Assembly (NCBI GenBank): GCA_946965045.2
Contig: OX337233.1
Span: 930,001-994,000 of the forward strand
Length of the DNA: 64,000 nucleotides
Source of the DNA: Epithemia pelagica
Lineage: Eukaryota > Protista > Bacillariophyta
Reading direction: 5' to 3'
The notes under the pieces were generated by a model. That model did not search any database. It worked only from the letters and a program-made list of their open reading frames with translations, and was not told where the DNA came from. The translations under genes and the position numbers were made by a program. Shown here one piece after another: positions 9,962-21,002 of the stretch (positions are counted from its first letter, which is position 1; each line of letters begins with the position of its first letter).

Positions 9962-12900
9962 TCATTTGACACTAGTGCGGTGGTGAAAGCGAACCTTGTG
10001 TTCCAAGTGGTTGCATTCCGCAAAGAATTCGTCTGAGAGAGGGGATGGCAGTGCGCATCTTTGAATGGTTGTCCGAATATTGGTCAACAGATGGTTCCAT
10101 CGTGGACCTTTCTCTGTCCAGAAAGAAATGTCTTTGCTATGCAGCTCTTGGAACAACTCGCGAATGTATCGGATTATCTCCGGATCCACAGAAACTGCAT
10201 GCAGTTGATGGCCGTTCGGCAATGGAGAGGTCGACGCATACATGAGCGCCACAATACCCCGTCCGTAAGTGATGAAATTCGCATCCAAACGAAGAGTGCC
10301 AGGTATACGGCGGTCTTGAGCGGCCAATTGCTTCAGTTCTTTCAACAAACGCAAGGCATTGAATCCAGCCGACCGGGCAAATGGCGGCGAGCGAGCGGCC
10401 ACATCAGCATATGCCGTTATGACAGTTGTGTACGATATAACATCTGGATGGCATGCAAATCGATCCGACTGGGCATAGTTGAGCATTTGACGCAATCCAC
10501 GTTCCGCCATGGTCGCTTTGTTGGGATCCTTGGATCTCACCCAGGATTGAAGTACAACATTGAACTCAACGGTACTGGGAAAGGAATCCAATTCTCCTTG
10601 TTCTGTTTGAAAAATCCATTCTTGGAGTACTTGGGTCGTTCGTTGAGCGTTTCCAGCTTTCGACCAAGCGTTAAGTCTGGTGTTGAAAGCCTTGGCATGG
10701 GGCCTAAAGTCAACGTCGCCAGTTTGTTTCCAGGCTGTCACAAGTTCTTGAAACAGACGTTCGCATCGCTCAGGACACATGCGCTTGGACCACGCTGCCA
10801 TGAGTGTATTGTAAATGGGTACACTGGGAAGTTTTACGACATCTCCCATTTCTTTCATATTCGCAAGGTGCTGGTGAGCACTCTCCAATGCCATTGGATC
10901 CGACGATCTCGACAGGCCGTAACAAAGGGCATTCAACGTCATGGAGTTAGGTTGTGCGTGAGTATCCCCTTCTATTCTCCATTGATAGAGCATTTGTTGG
11001 TAAATGCGTTCCAATTGTGTCCCTAATTCCATTGCATCAGGTGAACGGGCCCAAGCCCACAAGAGGGATGTATAACAAACGGTGTTGGGCTTCATCCAAC
11101 CCAGAGGCCTCATGCAGTCGTCCAATACGGATGCGGCTTTTCTCCCTGCCTGAGGATGCCTTGATTTCGCCCATGCCTCGATCACAATGCTAAAATGCTT
11201 CTGATCGATCGAGGCCATGTCCATGTCACCACGTTTGACTTTGCTCAAAAAGTGTTCCAAAACTTCGTGACAACGTTCCGGATCACCAGCATTTTTCCAA
11301 GCCAGGAGTAGACCGATAAAGGTCTCGCCATCGGGTTGAAATCGCTGTTGAGTTTCCATCCATTGAAACAATTTCTCGGCCTTATGGGCGCCTTCCCTTG
11401 GAGAAGGTTCCTGAGCATAGCAAGCCAACAACGCGTTGTAGGATGAAGTGGTCACCAAACCTTCCCCGTTCTTGTCGGATCGCTTCACGCCTATTTCTTT
11501 CAGTCGATCAAGTAGCATGGAAATGCGATCTGCGGCTTGTGCATCACCGGATTGTGCCCAAGAGACCAAGACTCCATTCCAAGTTTGTGAGTTCAAATTT
11601 CCCTCAAGACTGTTTCCGCCTGAACCCTGTTCAATGTCCTCCATTAATTGCATCACAACTGCTTCTGCACCGGCAGTGTCCTTGGCTTGTGCGTAGGCCC
11701 AAATCAATGCAGAATGAACTACCAGGTCTGGCTTCAACGATACGTTCGTGACGGCCAATTGTTTCATGGAATCAAAGACATCTTGAGCTTCCTGAACCCG
11801 TCCAGCTCGTCCATATGCACTAATGACATCGGAAAAGCAATGAACCGTAGGTTGCAAGTAATGTTTCTCTTGCACATCGTGTTCTGCTTTTAGTGACTGC
11901 GAGACGAGTTCATCCAGTACCGCATGTGCGGCATCTGGAGCTTCTGGATGGCGACACAGAGCCAAGGCATGGCACACACGAGCATATACTTTGGTGTCCA
12001 ACTCGAACAAATGCCTTTGAGGGGTTTCCCCAGTTCCGATACGAGACTGGGTTCCACTGTCGCTGCCACTATTGGAGTCGGCCACATCAATATCCTTACT
12101 CATTTCTTTGAGTTCGGCAAAGAGTTCTTGAATCCGTTTCAATGCTGTTCCCGGAGGACTAGAATGGCTGTGTGCTTCCATGACAGCGCAATAAATGTTG
12201 GGAATGGGTTTCATCTCAATGGATTGGCGAGGATCACCTGGATACCAATCTTTGACCATTTGCAAGTACTGTTCGCATCGCAGCGCTGCATTGTTGTTCG
12301 TGTTGTGGTTTGTCCCCCTAGTACTTTGTGCCCAAAGTTCCACCACGCCATAGATTGTGGTCGCTGTAGGATGGCAAACCGATTGATTTCCTCGATGTAA
12401 CATGGATTGCAAAATTTCGTCTCCTAACAATGCCGCCTGGAGAGGGTTATCATTGACTTTGGAAAGAACATGCAAGATGACATTGTAAGGAGAGTCGCTG
12501 GAACGAAACAACCCCACATCCATGTACTGTTTCACACGGTTCAAAACCGATACTGGATTCAAGGGTCTATCAGAGCCTTGATCTTTTTTGGTGGGACCAG
12601 CGTTACTACTACGGCTGATAAGGTTTACCGTAGAAAAGAGAAAGTCTCTCCAACTCACAAGAACTGCCACCAAAATGCCTGAATCCAGAGGTAGCACCGC
12701 ATTCGTCACAATGCCCATATTGCGAGGATTCCTGGATGTCATGGTGGGTGATTGACTTATTTCTCGACCAAGGCGGTCCAATACCAGAAACATGGATTCG
12801 ATGCGTTGCTGGGGAGAAATATGGCCCTCCTTGACAAAGGCTGTATGATTGCGGAGGTTGGTGATCAACAACTCTGCTTCCATCCAGTGCTGCGATTTCA

Positions 12901-13291
12901 ATAAACCAATCGGTTGCTGGAGCAAAGCATCTCGTACTTGGAGCCAGCTCGCCACAAAGGCAGACGCTTGCTTCCCTTCTTCCCTCTTGTTCTTTTTGTT
13001 ATCTGCAACCGATTGATTAGCCTGCTCTGCAAGCCCTCGACTAGCATTTGAAACCATGCCCTTTTTACTGTCAAGCATGTGGTTGCTGAAAGGGGTCCAA
13101 GAACTGTGCAACTTCCTCTTGATCACGGTATGGAAGGACTTTGCTGGTGGTGGTGCTATTGCCGAGAAGCTTCCATTCCGCTCTACTCTTGGGTACTTTG
13201 ATCGTTTCACGGAGAGACAACGAGCTGACAGTGCCGTCTCTTGACAGCTAGCCAATAAATATCTCCTCGTCTCTCTCCACCGAGATATCAT
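9962..13291 (-). CDS. Pentatricopeptide repeat (PPR) protein, probably organelle-targeted
   Basis: Multiple ~35-aa PPR motifs, e.g. PTVHCFSDVISAYGRAGRVQEAQDVFDSMK, PDLVVHSALIWAYAQ, PDVISYTTVITAYA. Arg/Ser-rich N-terminus. Confidence 0.9.
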   Translation of the reverse strand: MISRWRETRRYLLASCQETALSARCLSVKRSKYPRVERNGSFSAIAPPPAKSFHTVIKRKLHSSWTPFSNHMLDSKKGMVSNASRGLAEQANQSVADNKKNKREEGKQASAFVASWLQVRDALLQQPIGLLKSQHWMEAELLITNLRNHTAFVKEGHISPQQRIESMFLVLDRLGREISQSPTMTSRNPRNMGIVTNAVLPLDSGILVAVLVSWRDFLFSTVNLISRSSNAGPTKKDQGSDRPLNPVSVLNRVKQYMDVGLFRSSDSPYNVILHVLSKVNDNPLQAALLGDEILQSMLHRGNQSVCHPTATTIYGVVELWAQSTRGTNHNTNNNAALRCEQYLQMVKDWYPGDPRQSIEMKPIPNIYCAVMEAHSHSSPPGTALKRIQELFAELKEMSKDIDVADSNSGSDSGTQSRIGTGETPQRHLFELDTKVYARVCHALALCRHPEAPDAAHAVLDELVSQSLKAEHDVQEKHYLQPTVHCFSDVISAYGRAGRVQEAQDVFDSMKQLAVTNVSLKPDLVVHSALIWAYAQAKDTAGAEAVVMQLMEDIEQGSGGNSLEGNLNSQTWNGVLVSWAQSGDAQAADRISMLLDRLKEIGVKRSDKNGEGLVTTSSYNALLACYAQEPSPREGAHKAEKLFQWMETQQRFQPDGETFIGLLLAWKNAGDPERCHEVLEHFLSKVKRGDMDMASIDQKHFSIVIEAWAKSRHPQAGRKAASVLDDCMRPLGWMKPNTVCYTSLLWAWARSPDAMELGTQLERIYQQMLYQWRIEGDTHAQPNSMTLNALCYGLSRSSDPMALESAHQHLANMKEMGDVVKLPSVPIYNTLMAAWSKRMCPERCERLFQELVTAWKQTGDVDFRPHAKAFNTRLNAWSKAGNAQRTTQVLQEWIFQTEQGELDSFPSTVEFNVVLQSWVRSKDPNKATMAERGLRQMLNYAQSDRFACHPDVISYTTVITAYADVAARSPPFARSAGFNALRLLKELKQLAAQDRRIPGTLRLDANFITYGRGIVALMYASTSPLPNGHQLHAVSVDPEIIRYIRELFQELHSKDISFWTEKGPRWNHLLTNIRTTIQRCALPSPLSDEFFAECNHLEHKVRFHHRTSVK

Positions 13292-14217
13292 CGTACTCAG
13301 GTTGTGGAAGAAAAGTGAGGAAGAAACTGGGCCGGATCTTCATACTCTTGAGTATGAGAATCCGACCATTAACATCCGAATCGCTCTTTCTCCGTTCCAA
13401 AATTTGACATGCTTTTGCGTTGCATTCCTCTCCTGCCTTTTGTGGTATTATGACGGCGTCGACAACTCAAACAACCACCCCATTGTGATCTCGTCGCAAA
13501 AGCCCTCTATGTGAACACAAAATATCCCCAGCGGGTACATTTCGAAGATGGATTAAAGCGTGGTATTGTAAACGCTACCCCGCTGGGGAGATTCCGAAGT
13601 GAATGCTCAGAGTTTGCATCCAGACGGAAACCGGACTCTGTGACATCACGTTGCTTTCTGTTGAGCCTTTAAATAAGGATCAGAAAGAACGCCTGTCGGT
13701 CTAAGAAAGAAAACAGTTTTCGGGCTTGGCACCGACTAGGTGTCCGCCTTTTAGTGGTCTGCCTGTCAACTCTTTCATGGTCTGTCCTGCTCACCAAAAA
13801 CTCCTTCCCCGCCAGAAAAAAATGATCACATCCGGCTGGAAAGGCTGGCGTGATTTGGCAGTTGGAAGATGGCTGGCGTTCTGCTCAACAAGACTCAAAA
13901 TATTCCTGTTCGTTCAGGAGAGTCATAAAATCAATGCCGCAACAAAATGAGACCAAACCAAACCCCAAAACGGCCTCATGCTTCGTTACTGAGCTCTGAG
14001 CATGTCATCTTTGTCCGCATGGTAAGTTCCCGACGGCCTAATCCCTGCAGTGTAATGGACCATGGTTTGGGTTACGTTCTCACTTCTTTGCCACACTTTC
14101 AAGTGTTTGTGCCGTACAACATCCATTTTTGGTCCATTCAATGGGCGGCAGCTAAAATCAAATGTAGGATTCTTCTAACATGTCATTCGTAGGAGTAGAA
14201 TTTTCAACCTCAGTAAG

Positions 14218-15000
14218 TGTTACAATTCTTTCTGAATCGTAGGGACATTGATGCTCGGTAGAGCAGACAATCAGGTAGGTCACCAACCGATACAAGCTTC
14301 TCAGGGTCAGAGAAGCAAGCAAGTCGAAGTCTATCAGAAGGATAGTCGGGACACAAAAGAAGATGTGATAAATGGTGATATTGTTAGATTGTGTGTTGAT
14401 TACTACGATAGGTCTACGTGAAATGTTCGGTCCTGCCAAGGGTCATGTGTCATAGGTTCTTGGCGGCAACAGGTTTGGAATAGTTGGAGTCGATTCATGT
14501 GATGTATATGACATGTATATGTGGGCGGATAACATATACAGGGTCAACAGCTCTTGCTTTGGGTTGGCATAGTTGTTTTCATGGCGCGCAGCTTGTTGAC
14601 AATTTGGAGATTGTGGGAATGGAAATATGGTCTCGCGTGATCGTGTGTCGTGCTTGGGATACTTAGACCGTTGGATCGGATAGATGCCGATAGCGCTCGG
14701 ATGTCGCTTGGGCGCGCTCGATGATTTCGGGCGCGTACGCTTAGGGCGTTAGTATAATGTCCGAGCAACGGCCAAATTTATGTCCGTTGTAATACCGCAC
14801 GACCCAGTTTAGTCTTGAGAGTGAGTTCGTCAATCTATTCTCACTTTTCATGATTTGCGAAGAAATATAGGTCGATATAGCGCGAAGCTAGGGAACATAG
14901 CTCGAAGCTAGATGGCATGATGCGATAGCACGAGGCTATGTGACATGGGGAATCGATGAGATGTAGAATCTAACCACCATAGACGGTGAGAATTCTAACA
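14218..15000 (-). repeat. 3' LTR of the copia element (783 bp)
   Basis: Identical by eye to 21819-22601; preceded on the element strand by the PPT TGTGGGGAG. Confidence 0.97.
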
Positions 15001-18000
15001 CTCCCCACAACTCGTCGTTTCAGCCTTGTCATCATTGGATTTGTTGAGGTCTTGAACTTCTCCTTTCCAAAACAACAATGGCTTGAGCATGGGCCAAATA
15101 GATACGAAATCCCAATGTTTGCTAAGGATATCGGCAGGGTTGGTCTTTCCATCTTTCCAGTAGAATGCAACATACTTTGCTGCGATGGCTTCACGAACTC
15201 GGTGGTATGACAGAAGATGGTGTCTCTTGGATAGTATGGAATGAGGAACGGTTGCATTGAGCACAACAGATCTGTTATCTCCGTACATGTAACTTCGCTC
15301 TCGGATAGGTACTCCAAGGTAGCGGAGAGAATGTCGTAATTCTGTAATCTGATCTATTGCTGTCCTTGCAGCCACAAACTTGGATCCATAGGTAGCAGTT
15401 TCCACCGTGCTCTGTCTCTTGCTGTACCAGTCAATAGGTGTTCCGTTCAACAAATGTAGAACAGCAGTGACGGATTTACCAGTGACTATGTCATGCATGA
15501 GATTGGCATCAACATAATGAGTTGTGGTAACAAAGCGGCCAAGAGGTGTTGGGCAGTCTTCAGGAATACGTTCACTTGCATTCGAATAGACAGTGCGAGT
15601 CCAATCAAATTCTTGGGTAGGAAGACTTGAATAATCAGGCTCTCCAATCCTAAATCTGATTGTGCCCTCTGGGAGATGTGCAAGGTATCCATAGATACGC
15701 TTGGCTCTATCAAGATGTCCTTTCCTCGGAGCAGCACGAAAGCGTGATAGCGTCATTGTAGCGGTGAAGACGTCGAAACGACCAATAGTGATCACCCATT
15801 GGAGTTGTCCAATCAGAGTTTGGAAATGGTTAGTACCTTCTTCATCAAGGAGCTCAGAATCATCCAATTCAGGATGGTCTCCACCAATAAGAGGTGTTTT
15901 GGCTTTCTTGGGTTTCTCCTTGAAGATTCGTTCGAAAGTGTCCATCATCTTACCAATGTAGCGTCTTGGATCTGCTACTAATGTTCCATCAGAATCCTTG
16001 GTGTAACAACATCCCAAGTGAAAATCAATAGGTCCATCTCCTTTGAGTTTGAAGTTGTATTTCTCCTTCAGGATCTTGCAGATATTCCCAGGATCAGTAG
16101 AAATAATGGCTAAGTCATCAACGTATACGGCAATGTATTCGTAACAGTCTTCTCCAGGTGCCTTCCTCATCCAGATATCCGGATCTGCTTTGCTTGGTGA
16201 AAATCCCATGTCTGTCAAAACATCGAATAAGACATCATGCCAGCGTGCGCCTGATGACTTCAATCCATAAAGTGCCTTGTATATAATCAGGATGTGACCT
16301 TCTAATTCCTTGAATTCAGGTCCTGCGACAATGAAAATTTTCTCCCCTGTCAAGGCTTCCAGATATGCATTTCCAATATCTGCTCCCCATATTTCCAAGT
16401 CATTCAAAGTACCCAGGAATAAGGCAATGCGGAGGTTGCGAATGGAAACAACACCTGAATAGATTGTCTCAACAGGTTCTTTCGTGAGATGTCCATCTGC
16501 GACAAGTCTTGCTTTATGTCGTCCATCATGTTTTACGTCAAAGACAAGATGTACACGTATCTTATGATATCCTTCAGGTGCATTGGATACTTTCCCTTTA
16601 ATGAAGATGGCTTTCCCAAAATCCTTGAATGTCTTGTAGGACTGGATCTGTGACAATTCTAATTCTGTTGCATCTTGCCACTTTGTGTTGCCATGTTGTT
16701 TATCAAGAGCGACAGCTTCCTCATAATTGCGTGGTACTTGGAATCCAAACTTATACTTGACGGAATGGTGAACTTGTTTAATCCTTGACTGTTTGGCTGC
16801 TCGAATGAGACGTTTGCTTGTTTTGACATAACGTTTCAAATGCTTCCATCCAGGTTCGTTGAGTAAATCATGTTTCTTTCCATAAATTGCTACAGTGATC
16901 GGATCATCATTGGCGATGAGTGATAAAGGTTCATAGGTAGTCTCCCCAGTTTCCCAATCAACAAGCAAATTATATTTGCTCCCCTTGTAATCTGGATCAG
17001 TTGTGTTCAGTGGGCCTTGATGGGCAATGACGTCCCTGAACCTGAAAAGATTATCTCCAGAGGTTTGAGCTTGGTTATCTCGTTCGATATACTCCATGAG
17101 TTGATTATAGGATATCATCTCATCAACATCAGAATTTGTCTTTCGGTAGATGTACTTGACACGTTCTTCCTGTTTCGTTGCTTTTTCATTAAGATCAATG
17201 ACTCGTTTGATGACACGTGCACGGTGTCGCTCCCCATTTTCATCTGTGTCGCATAGGAATGTGCGTCCTATCATGTCGTCAAAATCGATCGTGGGCATTG
17301 GTTTGGATGGATCTTCACTATCACTGCGAATGAAGACAGTGTCAGCTTGCTTATCATTGTCATCCTTCTCAGACAAATCCTCCCCTGAAGGTCGATCCAC
17401 ACGTAGGTTAAATGTAGTGGATTCAACACGGCGAACGGCAGAACGGTAGATTATCTGGTTATCCTGGGTGAGAATCTTCCAAGTAAAAGAATCACCAACG
17501 TTGTGAGCAAAACCAACCCAGTGGCCAAGTTTCTCATCAGAAGAAGATGGATATGAACCGGAAGTGGGTTCAGCGGGGTCGACACGGTAGTAAACCTCAT
17601 CCCAGAAAGGAAAGAACAAGAGATGAGTAATGTCGGGTGGGCGTCCGGAGAGAGCCTCAAGAGGAGTGCGACCGGAGTGGGTGGGTGATGACGTATGGTT
17701 CAATAAGTCACAGACATACTCAAGGCAAAGAAGCCAGGTGTTGGCAGGGCAACCAGTGGCATTCATGAGAGCGTTGGTCATACGTTTAACGGTCTGGTAA
17801 CGGTTTTCAGCCTTATTCTGGTGTTGATGATAAGGTTCGGATCGATACTCCCCAATAAGCAAAGTGCGAAGAATGTCTTTAACCTTTTGAGAGATGAGAG
17901 ATGAACCACCATCACTGATAAGAGTCTCCATGGCACCACGAAACCGGATGTTGTCCTGAAGAGTATTGACAAACTGTTTGGTTGACTTGATCCCATAGAT

Positions 18001-20682
18001 ATCAGTAACTAGAGTATCTCGACCAACAAAGATTTGTGCGACTTTACCGCCATGGTCAACAGCAGGGGTGTCGGAGAAAACCGAGTCAGTAGCAACGGGT
18101 TCATGGCGTCGAGGTATATTAAGGACCGGATTGCGAGCCTTGAAATGTTTCTTGAGGGTGTCGTGGTCAAAAGTAATGCTACCATTACGTGTAGTGTGCT
18201 TGAACGTATCGGCAATAACATCTTCAGATTGCCAACCAAAGAATGGACGGAACTTCTTCCAGTCATACGCTTCCTGGTAACGACGGTGGACAGAGGCATG
18301 AAGTGTAGGATCATTACCTTCTGCGTCAGCATAGATAGAAAAGAAGGGTGCGTCGTCAGGTCCATGATCGTATGGGAGATCCAAAAGGAGATTGAGGTTA
18401 CAAACAACACGATCAGTGTACTCCCCATAGTTGTCATATGGATGGTTCGACATACTACCATCAGTCTTGACGTGTTTCCAATCAGGATCATTGTCAGAGG
18501 GTGTGGGAGAATACGAATGGTCCAGAACACCAGGATCCCATGTGTCGGGTGACGTGAAGATGATCTGAGGTAAGGTATCCATGTCATCGTCGCTGGGGAT
18601 ACCCAAGGAGTGGATGTAGGCTAACCCATCCTTGATGTGAAGGGGTATGGCACGACCATCAAGTGTAGTGATGCGTTGTTTACCATCAACTTTAACAGAT
18701 CGTTCATCAACAGCAAGTCCGAAATGCTCGAATTGACCAGGAGCATGGATAGATAAGCCCTTCCCATAATAAGCATATTCATTGAAGATGCCGACAATAG
18801 GTCCATCATTGGTCTCAAACTTTGCAGCACATGTGACGACAGGAAGTCCAGTAAGTTCATGGTTATCAATACCCACAATAGTGATATGGCGGCCAGTCTT
18901 AGAAAGGATGCGCATGTCAGAACCAGCAAGTCCTCCATTAGCACCACGGTCAATCAATTGATTCCCTGGTAAAGTAGATTTCCTGGAAATCAGATAGCGT
19001 GGAACATGTCCTGCTTGTTTATACATGTTGGCTTTGAAAGTAACCTTCTTGCTCGTCTTGGACTTGGCGTTAGAAAGAACATTAGTCAGGTCAGTTGCCG
19101 GGTGATTGATATCAGTCGTCATGGCTTGGTTGATAAATTGTGTAACCGGATCTGAATCATCTGAATGCTCAGGGACTACGCCAGGTGAGTCGTCATCAGA
19201 TGCAACTTGGTTGGGATCAGGATCAGGTTCCGGATCAATGTCGAGGGCATGTGTTTGCACTGTCCTCGGTGTTGTTGATGAAGGTGCTTGAATCATCTTG
19301 TTATACTCAATGATCAACTTGCGATCTTCTTCAGAAAGTTTGAACCATAGGTCACGCGGTAGACTAACCTTGGACGAAGAGGATGGAGATTCAGATGTCG
19401 CTTTGGTGTTGTGGACATGATACTCCATATCATCTTGTGAGGTTATGTCAGCATCTGTATCTTGGCCATATAGTGATTCATGTTGTTTGACATGTCGACG
19501 GCGACTATGAACAGATGACTGGGTTGCTTGATCATGGTCATAAGCTGCGTCTAGAAGGAGACGGAAGTATGATTGATAGCAAAGGGATTTTGCACCGGAT
19601 TTGGTGTTCACCACATTATCCAAGATCTTGACTCGGCGGAGATCAGGTACCTTTTCTACAGCTTGCATGAGGAAGGTCATCCTGGTATGATCAGGGATGC
19701 AATCAGACAATGTCACTAAATTGTCTAGCAAACGTAGCTGCTCTTGAAAGTGTAGAAGAAATTGACGTGTTGTTCCGCGCCATGTGTCGTCAAGACGTAG
19801 ATTGGAAATGTAGTTGGTTAAGCGGAGGACTTCTCGCTTTGCTAGGTCGGATTCGGTATGCAAAGAGTGTAACTTCTGCAATACGGCACGCGCATCTTCA
19901 TCATGTTCATGTTCACGTACATAGGCTCGACCTTGGTCAGTCTGAATGATACGGACAAGAACGGAGTAAAGAAATACTTGTTGCTCTTGAAAAAGTTCTT
20001 CGGCATACTCATCATCATGGGGTGGTGTGTATTTGAAATTCAGAACGTTGGATAGGCCTTGAGCCTTAGCTGTAGTCTTGAATACACGCCAGAATGAATC
20101 GTAGTATCGTTCATCCTTGAATACCTCATATGCAGTTGCGTCGCGCTTCGTTCCCTTTCTGAATGCTGTAAGGTCTTGTTGAGATTGGGATGCGGCAGTA
20201 ACTGTGCTGACAGATTTCACAGATGACGGTGACTTCATTGGCGAGACTGGGACTTGGCTAGGTGGTCCCTTAGAGAAATCTGTGTTGATCCTCCAAGTGT
20301 TGAACTCTTTCCTCGTTAGGTTCATCCAGTCGCTATTGGATAGCTCGTCTTGAATTTCATTGGTCTTGTATGTGGCCCAATAAGCCAAGAGCTTGATCTG
20401 CTGTCTTGTGGGGCCTTGTAGATCATGTGTCTGTTTGTTGACCTTGTATTGTGTCAGTTCCTTCACGGATTCCTCGGTATTAGTTTGCATATACGAGATA
20501 ACATGGGTAATGTTCTCAAAACCATGGTATTTCATCCACTTCATTAAGTAGTCGGCCCTTTCTTTGGTGAAGAATTGGCAGACAGTAAATATGATGTGGT
20601 CGAATAGGTCTGTGTCCGAGACATTGTCTTGGTTATCTTCTCCCTTAGGAGTCGTAGGTGTCTTGGGTGATTGAGGATCCAT
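14995..20682 (-). CDS. Copia gag-pol polyprotein (1895 aa)
   Basis: Protease LIDRGANGGLAG; integrase D..D..E (ATDSVF, ISDGG, KAENR); RT (HKARLVADG, ADIGNAYL, LYGLKSSG, YVDD); RNase H (YVDANL, YGDN, NPADILSK). Confidence 0.97.
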   Translation of the reverse strand: MDPQSPKTPTTPKGEDNQDNVSDTDLFDHIIFTVCQFFTKERADYLMKWMKYHGFENITHVISYMQTNTEESVKELTQYKVNKQTHDLQGPTRQQIKLLAYWATYKTNEIQDELSNSDWMNLTRKEFNTWRINTDFSKGPPSQVPVSPMKSPSSVKSVSTVTAASQSQQDLTAFRKGTKRDATAYEVFKDERYYDSFWRVFKTTAKAQGLSNVLNFKYTPPHDDEYAEELFQEQQVFLYSVLVRIIQTDQGRAYVREHEHDEDARAVLQKLHSLHTESDLAKREVLRLTNYISNLRLDDTWRGTTRQFLLHFQEQLRLLDNLVTLSDCIPDHTRMTFLMQAVEKVPDLRRVKILDNVVNTKSGAKSLCYQSYFRLLLDAAYDHDQATQSSVHSRRRHVKQHESLYGQDTDADITSQDDMEYHVHNTKATSESPSSSSKVSLPRDLWFKLSEEDRKLIIEYNKMIQAPSSTTPRTVQTHALDIDPEPDPDPNQVASDDDSPGVVPEHSDDSDPVTQFINQAMTTDINHPATDLTNVLSNAKSKTSKKVTFKANMYKQAGHVPRYLISRKSTLPGNQLIDRGANGGLAGSDMRILSKTGRHITIVGIDNHELTGLPVVTCAAKFETNDGPIVGIFNEYAYYGKGLSIHAPGQFEHFGLAVDERSVKVDGKQRITTLDGRAIPLHIKDGLAYIHSLGIPSDDDMDTLPQIIFTSPDTWDPGVLDHSYSPTPSDNDPDWKHVKTDGSMSNHPYDNYGEYTDRVVCNLNLLLDLPYDHGPDDAPFFSIYADAEGNDPTLHASVHRRYQEAYDWKKFRPFFGWQSEDVIADTFKHTTRNGSITFDHDTLKKHFKARNPVLNIPRRHEPVATDSVFSDTPAVDHGGKVAQIFVGRDTLVTDIYGIKSTKQFVNTLQDNIRFRGAMETLISDGGSSLISQKVKDILRTLLIGEYRSEPYHQHQNKAENRYQTVKRMTNALMNATGCPANTWLLCLEYVCDLLNHTSSPTHSGRTPLEALSGRPPDITHLLFFPFWDEVYYRVDPAEPTSGSYPSSSDEKLGHWVGFAHNVGDSFTWKILTQDNQIIYRSAVRRVESTTFNLRVDRPSGEDLSEKDDNDKQADTVFIRSDSEDPSKPMPTIDFDDMIGRTFLCDTDENGERHRARVIKRVIDLNEKATKQEERVKYIYRKTNSDVDEMISYNQLMEYIERDNQAQTSGDNLFRFRDVIAHQGPLNTTDPDYKGSKYNLLVDWETGETTYEPLSLIANDDPITVAIYGKKHDLLNEPGWKHLKRYVKTSKRLIRAAKQSRIKQVHHSVKYKFGFQVPRNYEEAVALDKQHGNTKWQDATELELSQIQSYKTFKDFGKAIFIKGKVSNAPEGYHKIRVHLVFDVKHDGRHKARLVADGHLTKEPVETIYSGVVSIRNLRIALFLGTLNDLEIWGADIGNAYLEALTGEKIFIVAGPEFKELEGHILIIYKALYGLKSSGARWHDVLFDVLTDMGFSPSKADPDIWMRKAPGEDCYEYIAVYVDDLAIISTDPGNICKILKEKYNFKLKGDGPIDFHLGCCYTKDSDGTLVADPRRYIGKMMDTFERIFKEKPKKAKTPLIGGDHPELDDSELLDEEGTNHFQTLIGQLQWVITIGRFDVFTATMTLSRFRAAPRKGHLDRAKRIYGYLAHLPEGTIRFRIGEPDYSSLPTQEFDWTRTVYSNASERIPEDCPTPLGRFVTTTHYVDANLMHDIVTGKSVTAVLHLLNGTPIDWYSKRQSTVETATYGSKFVAARTAIDQITELRHSLRYLGVPIRERSYMYGDNRSVVLNATVPHSILSKRHHLLSYHRVREAIAAKYVAFYWKDGKTNPADILSKHWDFVSIWPMLKPLLFWKGEVQDLNKSNDDKAETTSCGEC
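15001..15009 (-). other. Polypurine tract of the copia element
   Basis: TGTGGGGAG immediately before the 3' LTR on the element strand. Confidence 0.75.
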
Positions 20683-21002
20683 GGTGTTATTTGGTTGGTT
20701 CGATGTTTATTTAATGTGCGGTGTGATGTGGTTTATTTAATGTGTGATGTGATGTGAACCCGGATGTACCACGTGTGCCACGTATGTACCACGTATGTGA
20801 TACCCGGATGTGTGTTGTGATGTGCGACTCCTGGAAATTTCCGTTGATTTCGACAAATTTTCGCCGAGTTTCAACAAATTTTCGCCGAATTTTCGCGATT
20901 TGACGGGAATGTGTGGCGTGTTGTGCGACCAAGGGTACCCGGATGTGCGTTGAGTTTAAGTCTTGGAAAGGTTTTGAGAGGACGGGAGTTAACTATGAGT
21001 AA

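Noticed and set aside
14158-14768. ORFs of 60-93 aa repeated at 21813-22369
   Set aside because: They recur only because they lie in the identical LTRs; no coding signature.
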